Part shown: positions 1 to 11,607 of the stretch, piece by piece | Position numbering within the stretch: position 1 is the stretch's first letter | Layout: every line of letters starts with the position of its first letter | Assembly: GCA_050084515.1 (NCBI GenBank) | Contig: CM114271.1 | Coordinates: 18,724,001 to 18,788,000, forward strand | From: Blasia pusilla | Taxonomy: Eukaryota | Length of the DNA: 64,000 bases | Direction: 5' to 3' | Made by a program: the position numbers and the translations under genes | Notes under the pieces: generated by a model | The model's input: only the letters and a program-made list of their open reading frames with translations | Told to the model about the DNA's origin: nothing | Database searches by the model: none

Positions 1-1585
1 TGGAAAAGGTAGCCGATACCTCAATCCACTCCGTGTAAAACCACCACTGTCCGCACCACGGTCCCCAACCAGACCACCAGACAGCTCCGTGATGACCAAC
101 GCCGATGCCGCACCACCACTAAGTAACCAAGTGACATGGATGTCGCTGTACTATTCTAGCTCTACTTGCTATGGATGTAGGCAACCTAACCTATCATCAC
201 CATAAGAAGCCTCCCACGGTCTGCTGGTCATCACTCCATCCTCACTAATGGTAGTACACAGGAGTAACACTACTCTGGAAATCAGCGTCAACCCTAACAA
301 TGGGCGTGCAAGCAAGAAGCAACGATGGAGGGGATCCAAACACAGGAAGTCCAAAGACAACCCTCCAATCTCAAATGGAAATCAAGGTAACACAATCCAC
401 AAAACGTGGCGCCCCTTGAATCCACAAAACCCACCACATAATTCTAACGTAATAGCTACTCCGTCGCGGGTCGATGACGTGCTAGTCGGACTCGCAACAC
501 TTGAAAATATCACCTGCATAGAGAGGCTACACTGTACTATGCGCTAGAGGTCCATCAACCAAAAACCTAAGATGCATAAAGCGCGTAACACATCTCCAAA
601 CAACACCAAATAAGCTACACCAGTGTGTACACTGGCATAGTTAAGAACTCAGCAGTTGAGCATTTTCCAGGCAGAATAGCCCAAAGATGGGTGACCAGTT
701 ATGCAACACTCAAATCACAAATCCTGCAAAAATTGCCTCACACCCAAGCAAGCAAGCTTGCTTGCTCCTTGCTCCTTACTCCGCCTCTCACGCCCACTCG
801 CCCCGAGCTACCACGAGTTGCCTCGAAACGCCGAGAAATGCTCGAGACATGCCCCGTTCGCCACGCTTCGCCATGCTTTGCTATGCAGAGAGGCCCAACC
901 AGGGCACCCCCAATGGGATAGGCATCTCCAATAACGGACGAATCACCAACCAACCAGCCCCTCTGGTCTGCTGTCCACCATAGCCAGACCTTGAGCTAGT
1001 CCGCAAAATTTTGATCAGCAATTACTCCACAAATCCTCAACCAAAATTGAATTTTTTTCAACCAAAATTCAATTGACTACCATAGCTATCTCTCCATAAA
1101 AAGTCAGCTACAACCGAGCTTTGTACTCTGAGCTAAAAATCAGAGAAACTTGCTGTCCATACACCTCTAGAATCGCAAATCCGACAGCGCTTCCGCCCAG
1201 TTTCATGCACGTAGAAATCCGCAACGCTCCACACACTCAAGCAGATAGCTTCACATGAGATCACAATACAAGTAGCAACAGGAACCTCTCACCCGATCTG
1301 GATGAATTTCAACAGAGCTTCCGCACTCCAAGCTCTCCACATCAGAAAACCGTCGAACACAAACCAAAATCTTCAATCCTTGAGAACTTCCAACTCCCTT
1401 GACAAAATCCGGCGATCTAAAGCGCGTTGGAAAGCTCTCAGCAAGTTTCTTCTTTCCCAACCAACCACGCACCAGATTCCTACCTCCAACATAGGCCACA
1501 AGCCACGAACATCCACGGCTGAGTACACAATCAGCCCTAACCAAATCCTACTGATCCACAATCGAAGCTACCATCGATCTACTCC

Positions 1586-1597
1586 AGTTCTTTGAGT
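1586..1597 (-). promoter_or_regulatory. Putative self-priming primer-binding site of family A
   Basis: ACTCAAAGAACT (minus strand) lies immediately after the terminal repeat and is the exact complement of 1759-1770 inside the repeat. There is no TGG-type tRNA PBS. Confidence 0.6.
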
Positions 1598-1962
1598 GAA
1601 ATCCGTGAAAGACCTACTGTCATGAAACACGTAGAGAATCACATACAATCGAGCCAAACCCACTCCACGATGGGAGAATCTAGGTTGAAGCTTACGGGAA
1701 ACACCATAGCCAAGAGCTCTACTCACTACCAAGGCTAACTCCCAACGCAACAGGCTCAACTCAAAGAACTAAATGTTCTTTGGGTGCATTCCACTATATC
1801 CTCCAACCTAAGAGCGGGCCCTACTGGGAAAGTCAGCCCCAACTGAGTAACCCCCAACCCTATGTATGAAACCGCATCTCTACCTATCCACTACGGTCCT
1901 ACATAAGGTATGGCCTCTACTAGCACACTATACTCTACGACATAATCTGTATGGTCATGACA
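1598..1962 (-). repeat. 5' terminal repeat (segment A, 365 bp) of family A copy 1
   Basis: Near-identical to 31956-32320 in reverse complement. Starts TGTCATGA on the minus strand. Confidence 0.85.
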
Positions 1963-3376
1963 CGTTTGAGAACTTGGCGATTACGCAACATTGGGATACG
2001 TTGGGGTATGCGACTATTCGGGGAGGTGGTTATCGACCTACTATCCGGAGGTTTCATCAAGGAGACTATGTCTAGTTGGAGCAGACGGCATCCACAACGT
2101 TGGATATGACTGCAGGGCGCACCATCTTGAGAGTGCGTGAGATTTTGCAATATGGTTTCTCTTATAGGAGGGACGTGATGGTATGGTTTGGAAGCACCAT
2201 GTGCATAACTTTGCGCCATGTCATCTTGCAAACATTGACCGTATAGTTGATCTGAGATTAGCAGTAGTTCCTGCAGGCTTGAGATGTATGTTGTGTGGTT
2301 CCGCCCGTGGTGCTACTATTATGCTAGTCTATGATAGGTGTTCGAGAGGATGGCATATGGCATGTCTGACGCCATCTCTCACTAGGGTTCCTCAGGGACA
2401 ATGGATGTGTCCCAGATGTACATAGAGTAGATAGTCCTAGATTCTGACTTGTGTCTATGACATGGATGACAAAAAGGCGACTAATGATGGGACCACATGA
2501 GCACACAAAATTTTTGCTCTTAGCTTCCGAGAGATGTATGTCATAGTAGGTAGGGATAGATGGCTATCTGGAGTTAGAGGGACCTAACCACCAGCTAGGG
2601 GGGTGATTGGAGATATTTTGGTACTTCTTGTCTTGTTGTTTGGATGCCATGAGTTAGCATGGGATCGTGTGTGTTTATGTGTGTGTTCGGTGATAGCGAG
2701 GTATGTTGTGTAGCGATGTGCATGCGCATGAGAGCTATCACGTCTGTTAGGATAGATCGGCGAGATCTGGTAGAGCGCCTTTGCAAGTAGAGGAGGATAT
2801 GCTAAGGAGATCAAGGATGACCTGCAGAGGCTACGGGTAACTTGCGAGAGCAGGTTTCCCCTTTGTTTCCACTCATTTGGAGCAATATAGAGAAACATAC
2901 TATTTTGGGTAAGTTTCTATTTTGGTAGAGTCAACTTTCCACTTTGGGAAGTGGCCCTTGACCGGCTATAGCAGGTCAAAAGCCAAGGAGGTGACCTGTG
3001 AGCCTAGGTTACCGAGGAGAGCGCTTGGGAGAGGGAAGGGGGTATTCCTTCAAGAGAGAGAGAGCTTGAGAGCTCATTCTTTCTTTGTTGAACCTCTTAG
3101 CACGAGACGGTGGAGCTATGGTCTCTTGCCTTGTGAGTGTAACCCCAGCCTCTTATTAGGAGAGTGGGTTTGGTTTGACATTGAGAGAGACATGTGAGAG
3201 TGCACACATTTGAGAGTTATGGTGTTGGGAGAGATTGGATCTTGATTTATTGGAGATAATTTGGTACTTCTTGTCTTGTTGTTTGGATGCCATGAGTTGG
3301 CATAGGATCGTACATGTTTATGTGTATGTTTGGTGACAAAAATATATATTGTGTAGCTATATGTATATGCACGACA
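1963..3376 (+). mobile_element. Family A copy 3 (diverged subfamily): 3' end with integrase C-terminus, PHD finger, PPT and B-A-B' terminal repeats
   Basis: 1963-2600 is homologous to ~25120-25750. PPT CTAGGGGGG lies at ~2595-2603. 128-bp direct repeats at 2606-2733 and 3249-3376; the second ends GCACGACA. Confidence 0.8.
2183..2425 (+). pseudogene. PHD finger at the integrase C-terminus of family A copy 3
   Basis: CMLCGS...MLVYDRCSRGWHMACLTP...WMCPRC is a C4HC3 PHD pattern with one Cys mutated. Confidence 0.8.
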
Positions 3377-4776
3377 CACCCGCTCAAGCACTCAGACTCA
3401 CCAAGAAGGGTCTCCCACACTCCTCACTAGCTCACCTACGCTAATAGTAATCCCGTGACGACACTCCCGGCCTCATGCACACTCAACACTCGAGCTCACC
3501 ATGAGCCTCCCAACTCCAAAAAGCTAAGACACAACACATACTCTTGGGTCATACACATGATTCCTACTCGGAAATTACCATATATCCACCAACATGCTAC
3601 ACATAAAAGGAGTCTACACTCGTCACCATCGCTACACCCATCTAACACTAGCAACTACCCGATACCCAGCACTCTCAATCACACAAGATAAGTGCAGGAA
3701 AAAGGACTCGAATGGATAACCTGATCAAGCTTGCCAACATGCTGCACCGTCAACACTCACTCCTCCATGTGGTACGGAAACCTCCGGAGCACAACCATCT
3801 CCTCGTACAACATGTCGACCATCCCATCAGCGGATGCGGACTATCCGTCGACATCAGCACCAGTAGCTCTACCACTAACACTCCATCAACTGTCGACACA
3901 GATCACAATCTTGCTCACCGCCACCAAAGTACTAGCAAGTCAAATTCCGTCGCAAACTATCGGTAGCTAGCAGCCCCGACAACACTCGAAATCCATGATC
4001 CAAAAGTACCATGAGGAAATCTCTCCTAATCCTTTGAGACACAACCATTCCCACCAACCACGTAACTCTTGTAGCATGCTAAGCTTGCCCAACCATGTCC
4101 ATGATGGCTTTACTATGTTCGTACCGACCCTACCACATTCTTATATCTTACTATGTCGGCCTTACTCAACTCCGTTCCTCCCTACCTTGGCCCAACGCCG
4201 TCCACCTTCCCCGCTCCTTCCTCCACACATGCTTACTCTTGTGGGCGCGGCTCCCTATGCCTGCCCTTCCTTCCAAGTTCCCACTGCCCTCTTTCCCAAA
4301 CCCCCGCCCGGCTTCTTCACTCGCTGCCTTCAGGTCCGCATCCTTATGAAGGGCCATCTCGAGCTCTCTTAGCTCCCACGACCTCCTTCCATGGTTCGGG
4401 GAGTTTTTTTAGAATTATCGGACCATTACTGGTGTCCCTCATGTTTTATCGGAAATTAATATTTGGTGCCGGTCGAGGATGGTAAGTTTTTTACTTTCTG
4501 ACTATTTTCCAAAAAAAAATATCTTCTCAGAAAAAATCCGATTTTTGTTTTCCTCTTTCTTCTTATTTCTGGGTTTTTCTCCCTCTTCCGGCCAATTTTC
4601 GGCATAACTTTGTGAAGCCGGCCAAAAACCGGCTACGCCTCCTAACTGTCTCAAAAAAAATTTCCCCGACTTCTTCCATCCTCCACAGAGTCCACACCTG
4701 AAGTATGATATCAAGTTCCTTTCCCTGAACTGAACTTGCAACTAAACAAACAACCTTCTAAAGTATTAAGAAAATC

Positions 4777-4830
4777 ATCCTTGGCAGGAGTTGAACCAGA
4801 CAAAACTCCCACCAGTTGGGAGCCAAGGAT
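4777..4830 (-). ncRNA. Putative tRNA-like structure (acceptor-like stem, D-like hairpin, T-loop; no anticodon arm) in hAT C1
   Basis: Minus strand reads ATCCTTGG-CTCCCA ACTGG TGGGAG-linker-GGTTCAACTCC-TG-CCAAGGAT. Conserved in C2, C3 and C4. Confidence 0.45.
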
Positions 4831-4916
4831 CCTACCCCTCTTGAATACTTGGAGCACTAAGGCTCCAAGTATTCAAGAAGGGTCCTACATCCTAAAACCC
4901 AAAATATGAATATCTT

Positions 4917-7021
4917 CTAATCTACATGTGTTTCAGTATCTTTAACTTCTTCATTCGGGGAAATATATCTATCTGGATTTGCAAACAAGTACCTAAAATG
5001 AGCAGAATTCTTCCACAACATCACAGACTCAGACAACATCTCTTCATAATCAAAGGAAGGTCCTTCTAAGGCAATGGCAGTATGGCAGTACTAACACACT
5101 GGACTCTAGCTACATTAGCCAAAATCAACAAATTAGAATACTTACATTGCAACGAGGGGCTCCAACTTACCATCGCCCACAAGTCTCTGAAGTTACGATC
5201 CTTCCACTCAGTAGTAGTCATCAATTTGAAAGACTGGAACTCTTGCTTCACAATGGGAGAATTAATGATAGGAGGTTGCATTGCACCCCCCAATGGCAAT
5301 TGAGCTCCAAAAAAACCACACAAATCATCTAAATCTTTACACCCCCAACTATTGATTCTCATTGATCCAATCAGGTTATTATCTCGAAATCGCTCCTGTA
5401 AAGCTGCACACACACTTTCAGAAAATCTTTTCTGAAAGAATATGGCAGCCTCCAAATCCCTTCCAGTACGATCTCGAGACATAGCAATGCTATGAAATTT
5501 TTTTCCCCTTATCTCAAAGTGTAAACGACAAAGATAACCACCAGGTGGCCCAAAATCATGAAGTATATGGTAACCAGTATCTTCAGAGAAGGTGGAGGCA
5601 TTCAAGTCATGAGTTTCCATGACAAAATTCATGGTAATCCTAGCTATCTCCGAATTGACAATGCTCCCTATAGTACTAACATCCACAAACTTGTACTGAA
5701 ATATCTTACTCAAATTTGCAAGCATGGAAAGAATGTCAACCAAAAAGTATAATTGATAGATCATTTGGAATGATCTCAACCTGGTAAATAAATTTGCAGC
5801 GTTCCCATCATCCTCTGAGGGGGAAATATCTCTAAAATATGTCAGTAATGATTCTAGAGAATCACACAATGTGGTGACAGCCTGCCAACGTGATAACCAT
5901 CTAATCTTGTGGTATCTCTTCATTACCCGCTATGAGTCGTTGAATTTTTCCTGCAAAGACGCTAGAATTGTCTTCCTCTTGGACGACCTTCTAAAGTAGC
6001 CAGCTATCGAATTGAGGATCGAATCAACTTCAGAGGATATTGACTTGCAATCAAGAGCTTTAGCAGCTGATAAAGCCGCCAAATTAGTTCTGTGGGCTAC
6101 AGAATGAACTGAAAGAATGTAAGGATTTATCTTCTGCTTCATTTGGGATGCCACCCTTGTCTGGCTACCTACCATTGTAGAAGCACCATCTGAACCAAAT
6201 GCCACCATTTTGGAGAATTCTAATCCTCCATCTTTGATAAGTTGCAACAAACTTTCAGTAATAGCATTAGCACATTTTGATTCGCAACAAAGTAGTCCTA
6301 AACAAAAACATTCTGATTGGCCCTCTTCAATGAAGGTGGCAAACACAACCAAATGCCTTGTTACAGAAATGTCAGTTGATTCATCGATCATAACTCCAAA
6401 GAAAGGAGAGGCTTGAACTCTCGCAAGAGTTCTTCTACACAGAACTTGGCTAATGAAACAACACATCTCACTACAGCTCTTTTCATCTTGGTGTAGGTCT
6501 CTGGTAATAGGGGCATTGACACAAAGCATCAACTTACAAAGGCTGGGAAATTTCAAAAACGGCATAGCCTCCTTCGCAAGGAAGTATGCGCACTTAAACA
6601 GTGTCATTAGAGCAACTTCGCGGGTTTGGTTGGTAGTGGCTATGGCCTTGGCACATCGACTTCTTACCCCCATGGGCAGCCCATGCAAGTTTGATGTGCT
6701 CATTGGACTTCGCATGATCAGTAAAGGCTGAAACCTTGCAATTTATGGCTCCGTCTTTGGCAAATACACTCTTCCCCTTCCCCTTCTTACAAACTTTACA
6801 AAATATTCTACCATTGACCGAATCAAACTCAATCCAATCATACATTTAGTACCAAACATCCTTCCAAGCTACTCTAACTTTCTCGTAAAAACTCGCATCG
6901 CTTTCTCGATGGAGGTGCTCTCTGTGTCATCAGATGAGCCAGACAATGCGATAATGTCATGCTCATCGGATATTCGTTCCTTACCTAGGAAGGAAGTCAT
7001 GGTCTTCGGTCTTTTTGCCAT
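4917..7021 (-). pseudogene. hAT transposase (ZNF862/DUF4371-like), disrupted
   Basis: N-terminal zinc finger FCKVC...H. Motifs DESTDISV, GSDGASTM, H(C/S)VAHRTNL and RWLSR. Contains stops, frameshifts and a C-terminal deletion relative to C2. Confidence 0.85.
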
Positions 7022-7068
7022 GTGAACAAGTGGGTGTAGGCTACAACTTCAAGGCACGGGAGAAGGGT

Positions 7069-7150
7069 TAATCCTTGGCCCTAATCGACACAAACCCTCG
7101 CCCGAATCGACACAAACCCTGGCCCTAATCAACTCAAACCCTAACCCTAA
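7069..7150 (+). repeat. ~23-bp tandem repeats with telomere-like CCCTAA motifs in the hAT C1 leader
   Basis: AAACCCT(G/C)GCCC(T/G)AATCGACAC-type units, about 3 copies, ending AAACCCTAACCCTAA. Confidence 0.55.
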
Positions 7151-7427
7151 TGTGGAAGGCCGTAGAACGAACCCAACTCGTGGGTCAAATTAGGGAGGAA
7201 TCGGCCAATATAGTTAGAAATTGCAGAGATAAAATGTAAAGCAATAGGGCTGCGGCAAGAGTCACGAAATGGCCATTGTCACAAGTTTGCATGAGCCACA
7301 TTGAGACGCCAAAAACCCTGCACAAGTGAAACGCAAAAGAGCAGCAACGTGGCCCTAAAACAAATGAATCACCTAGCCAAGCAGAAACGCAAAAGAGCAG
7401 TTCGGAGAGCCTAATCTTTTGTCAAAG

Positions 7428-7903
7428 ATCGGAGCGGAGCCAAGCGGAGCAGTGCGGAGCGGATCCAAGCAGAGCAAAGCGAAGCTGCGGAGCGGATCCG
7501 AGCACAGCAAACTTAGCAAAGCGGAGCGGATTCAATGGCGCAAATTCATCTGGAGGGAAGGAGCGGATCCGAGTTAAGCATAGCGGAGCGGATCCAAGCA
7601 GAGCAAACTTATCAAAGCGGAGCGGAGCAAAGCGGAGGCTGCGGAGTAAAGCGGAGGCTGCGGAGCAGATCCAAGCAGAGCAAAGCGGAGCATAGAGGTA
7701 CCGCATTCATTCCAAGCAGAGCAAACTTAGCAAAGCGGAAAAGATCTAAGCAGAGCAAAGCAAAGCGGAGCGGAGCAAAGCGGAGGCTGCAGAGCAGAGC
7801 AAAGCGGAGGCTGCGGAGAGGAGCAAAGCCGAGCTGTGGAGAGAGCAAAGCGGAGCTGCGGAGGCTGCGGAGGCTGCGGAGGCTACGGAGCGGGGCAGAG
7901 CAG
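7428..7903 (+). repeat. Degenerate pentamer-based minisatellite (GCGGA/GCAGA/GCAAA) in the subterminal region of hAT C1
   Basis: Runs of AGCGG, AGCAG and AGCAA, with higher-order units such as GCGGATCCAAGCAGAGCAAA and GCGGAGGCT. Confidence 0.8.
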
Positions 7904-8516
7904 AATGAGGGGATTCAGGGGCCGTAGTCGGGTCTCCACCCCCTACGAGCCCCTTGGCAGATGAGCGACCCTAATTGCAGCCGTTCGATTTAGATCGGAC
8001 GGCTGAAATTAGTGTGCCCTAAATGGGTGTTAGGGCACACATTTGAGGGGATGGTCTGGATCTAGCCGCCTACCCCTAAGCAAATCGTGGCCACTACATA
8101 GTTTTCGGCAGCCGGCACCCCAAACGGCAATAAACAGTCCGCCGGAAAAAGTTATCCAGCCAAAAACCGGCTTTCCTACCCGGACGTCGCCACATTCCGG
8201 CATGTTCCAACATTCAGACAGTCACATTCCGGCACTTGCACGAGTGCCCTATCAACTTCCGGCATCTACTCATTACCGCTCGGAACTCGTGCCGGTGGTG
8301 ATCTTCTGGCGTCAGATTTTCGTGAAAACTGCCGGTCGGGGTTACTCGTAACCGGATCTCTCCGAACATTGCCTCCTTCCTCCGTATACTTGGGCACGGT
8401 GCCCTATGCACCTCCCGCATTCCTAGAGCTCCAAGCTCCTTCCTTCCTCAGACCGTCTCTCCCGGCCCACCTGGCTCCTTTCACGTAGCTCTCTAACGCA
8501 TGGCCCGCATCCCTAT

Positions 8517-10995
8517 CAGGGTTCGGTAAGTTTTTTCTATTTGTCGGCCCAATACCGGGAAATGTCAAATTTCCCGGTTTTTCTTTTTTATACCAGCGGC
8601 GACCGAAAACTTTTGCAGTTACTGGTTTTTTCCCAAACCTTTTTTCCCGGGCTGTTTAAATCTGACAGAAACTTTTTTCCTTTCGGTCTATTTCTGATAC
8701 TTTTTTTTTCCAACCACATTTCTGCCAACTTTATTTGGCCTAGCCACATTTCCGGTTCCATTGTTTCTCTGTCAGCAACTTCAATTGCTTTTTTTCTGTC
8801 ACTCACTTGAAGTTTCCTTCAAGTTTCCCTGGTACTCAACTTCCCAACCCTTTTCTCTGTCAGTAACTTCAAGTTTCCTTGGTACCCAACTTCCCAACCC
8901 TTTTCCCTCAGTTTCATTTTAGGTAACTACTACTTCCAACTTCCTAGCTCCTACATCAGCATCCTTGGTAGGAGTTGAACCTGGCAAGCCTCCCATCCAT
9001 TGGGAGCCAAAGATCTTAAATTCCTTGTTCCATACAAAGGATTTTATCCTCATCCTTGGCAGGAGTTGAACCTGATTACTCTCCCACCAGTTGGGAGCCA
9101 AGGATCCTACCCCTCTAGAATACTAGGAGCCTCATTGCTCCAAGCATTCTAGAAGGGTCCTACTCCTACTTCCTAAAACACAAAGGCTAAGATGTATCAG
9201 TAGCTTCCTCTTCCACAACTGGGGAGACATATCTATCTGGATTTGCAAACAAGTACCTAAAATGAGCATAATTCTTCCACAAGACCATAGACTCAGACAA
9301 TATATCCTCATAATGAGAGGACGGTCCTTCCAAGGCAATCCTCAAAACTGCATCCAAGTACTTGGTGGACAACCTGTTACGAGATTTAGTCTTGATCATA
9401 TTCTGAATGGAAAATGCTCTCTCACATATGGCAATACTAACACATTGGACCCTAGCTACATTTGCCTAAATCAACAAATTAGAAAATTTACATTGTAGAG
9501 AGGGACTCCAACTCACCATAGCCCACAAGTCTCTGAAGTTGCGATCCTTCCACTCAATGGTAGCCATCAATTTGAAAGACTGAAACTCTTGCTTTATAAG
9601 TGGAGAATTAATGATTGCAGGTTGCAATTGATCTTGCAATGGCAACTGGGCTCCGAAAAAACCACACAAATCATCTAAATCTTTACATCCCCAACTACTC
9701 AATCCCACTTGCCGTGATGGCATGTGCAAAGGATTAAGGATTTTCATTGCACCAACGAGGTTGTTGTCTCAAAATTGATCATGTAAAGTTGCACACACAC
9801 TTTCAGCAAACCTTTTCTGAAAGAACAAGGCAGCCTCTAAGTCACTTCTTGTCCGATCCCGAGACATACATATGCTATGAAATTTGTTTCCCCTGATCTC
9901 AGACTATAAACGACGAAGATAACCACCAAGTGGCCCAAAGTCAAGAAGTATATGGTAACCTGTTTCTTCAGAGAAGGTTGAAGCATTCAAGTCATGAGTT
10001 TCCATCACAAAATTCATGGTTATCCTAGCTATCTCAGAATTGACAATGCTCCCAATTGTGCTAACATCTACAAACTGGTACTGAAATATCTTACTCAAAC
10101 TAGCAAGCATGGAAAGAATGTCAGCCAAAAAATACAATTGATAGATCATTTGGAATGATCTCAACTTGTTAAACAAGTTGACAACATTCCCATCATCCTC
10201 TGAAGAAGATATATCTCTGAAGTACGTCATTACCGATTCTAAAGAATCACACAATGTGGTCACAGCTTGCCAACGGGATAACTACCGAATCTTGTGGTAT
10301 CTCTTCATGACTCGCTAGGAGTCATTCAATTTTTCCTGCAAAGATAACAAGATTGTTTTTCTCTTGGAGGACCTTCTAAAGTAGCTAGCTACAGCATTGA
10401 GAATCCAGTCAACTTCAGAGGAGATTGACTTACAATGAGGAGCTTTGGCAGTTGATAAAGCGGCCAGATTTGTTCTATGGGCTACACAATGAATTGAAAA
10501 AATGTAGGGATTTACCTTCTGCCTCAATTGAGAGGCTACACATGTCTAGCAACCTACCATTGTTGAGGCACCGTCAGAACCAAATGCAACCATTTTGGAG
10601 AATTCCAATCCTCCATCTTTCAATAGTTGCAGCAAAGTTTCGGTAATAGCATTAGAACATTTTGATTCACAACGAATTAAACCTAGAAAACAGGATTCTA
10701 CCTAGCCCTCTTCAATGAAAGTAGCGAACACGACCAGATGCCCTGTTACGGATATGTCAGTCGACTCATCGATCATAATTCCAAAGAAAGGAGAGGCTTG
10801 AACTCTAGCAAGACTTCTACTAAGTAGGACTTGGCTAATGAAATAAGACATTTCACTACAACTCTTCTCTTTGGTAATGGGAGCATTAACAGAAACTAAC
10901 AACTTACAAAGAGTGGAGAATTTGATAAATGGAATAGCCTCCTTCGCAAGGAAGTATGCACATTTAAACAATGTCATCAGAGCGGCTTTGCAGGT
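8517..10995 (-). mobile_element. hAT DNA transposon C2, 5'-truncated, disrupted transposase
   Basis: TIR CAGGGTTCGGTAAG at 8517. Transposase fragments at 9187-10977 are homologous to C1 (CERAFS, HCVAHRTNL, DESTDISV). Homology to C1 stops at ~10995, where family A sequence begins. Confidence 0.85.
8961..9105 (-). ncRNA. Two tandem tRNA-like modules (8961-9014, 9052-9105) in hAT C2
   Basis: 9052-9105 minus strand: ATCCTTGG/CCAAGGAT stem, CTCCCA-ACTGG-TGGGAG hairpin, CAGG-TTCAACT-CCTG T-arm. Confidence 0.5.
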
Positions 10996-11607
10996 GTTGC
11001 GAGTCTGACTAGCACGTCATCGACCCGCGGCGGAGTAGCTATTGCGTTAGAATTGTGTGGTGGGTTCTGTGGATTCAGGGGGCGCCACGTTTGGTGGATT
11101 GTGTTACCTTGATTTCCATTTGCGATTGGAGGGTTGTCGTTGGACTTCCTATGTTTGGATCCCCTCCATCGTTGCTTCTTGCTTGCGCGCCCATTGTTAG
11201 GGTTGACGCTGATTTCCACAGTGGTGTTACTCCTGTGTGCTACCGGTAGTGAGGCTGGAGTGATGACGAGTAGACCGTGGGAGGCTTCTTGTGGTGATGA
11301 CAGGTTAGGTTGCCTACATCCATAGCTAGTAGAGCTAGAATAGTACAGCAACATCGACGTCACTTGGTTACTTAGTGGTGGTAATTTGGTGGTGGTGCGG
11401 CATCGGCGTTGGTCATCACAGAGCTATCTGGTGGTCTGTTTGGGGACCGTGGTGCGGACAGTGGTGCTTTCACACGGAGTGGATTGAGGTATCGGCTACC
11501 TTTTCCATGAAGAGGAGGACGAGGGTGTTCCAAACACCGAGTCTTCTACGTTGTTATCGAGTGTTGCAGCTCCATTGATTTGGGACATGGACGGGATATA
11601 TGGGGCC

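Larger units (their letters stand above)
1..1962 (-). mobile_element. Family A Ty3/gypsy retrotransposon, copy 1: 5' end (terminal repeat A, PBS, leader, start of gag region); continues upstream of the window
   Basis: 1-~500 is the reverse complement of 10996-11507 (copy 2). 1598-1962 is the reverse complement of 31956-32320. The terminus TGTCATGACC (minus strand) abuts the integrase coding sequence of copy 3 at 1963. Confidence 0.85.
4390..8371 (-). mobile_element. hAT DNA transposon C1 (both ends present)
   Basis: Imperfect 14-bp TIRs CATGGTTCGGGGAG / CTCTCCGAACATTG. Perfect 8-bp TSD CCTCCTTC at 4382-4389 and 8372-8379. Contains an internal transposase. Confidence 0.9.

Noticed and set aside
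3377-4389. C-rich segment with several short ORFs
   Set aside because: No identifiable termini or protein motifs; left unassigned.
4777-4830. True tRNA gene
   Set aside because: No anticodon arm and no downstream oligo-T terminator; reported only as tRNA-like.
7137-7150. Interstitial telomere
   Set aside because: Only about two CCCTAA units, lying inside a hAT element.
7428-7927. Repeat array as CRISPR, and its ORFs as proteins
   Set aside because: Degenerate pentamer satellite with no constant repeat/unique spacer pattern and no cas genes, in a eukaryotic context. The ORFs are low-complexity artefacts.
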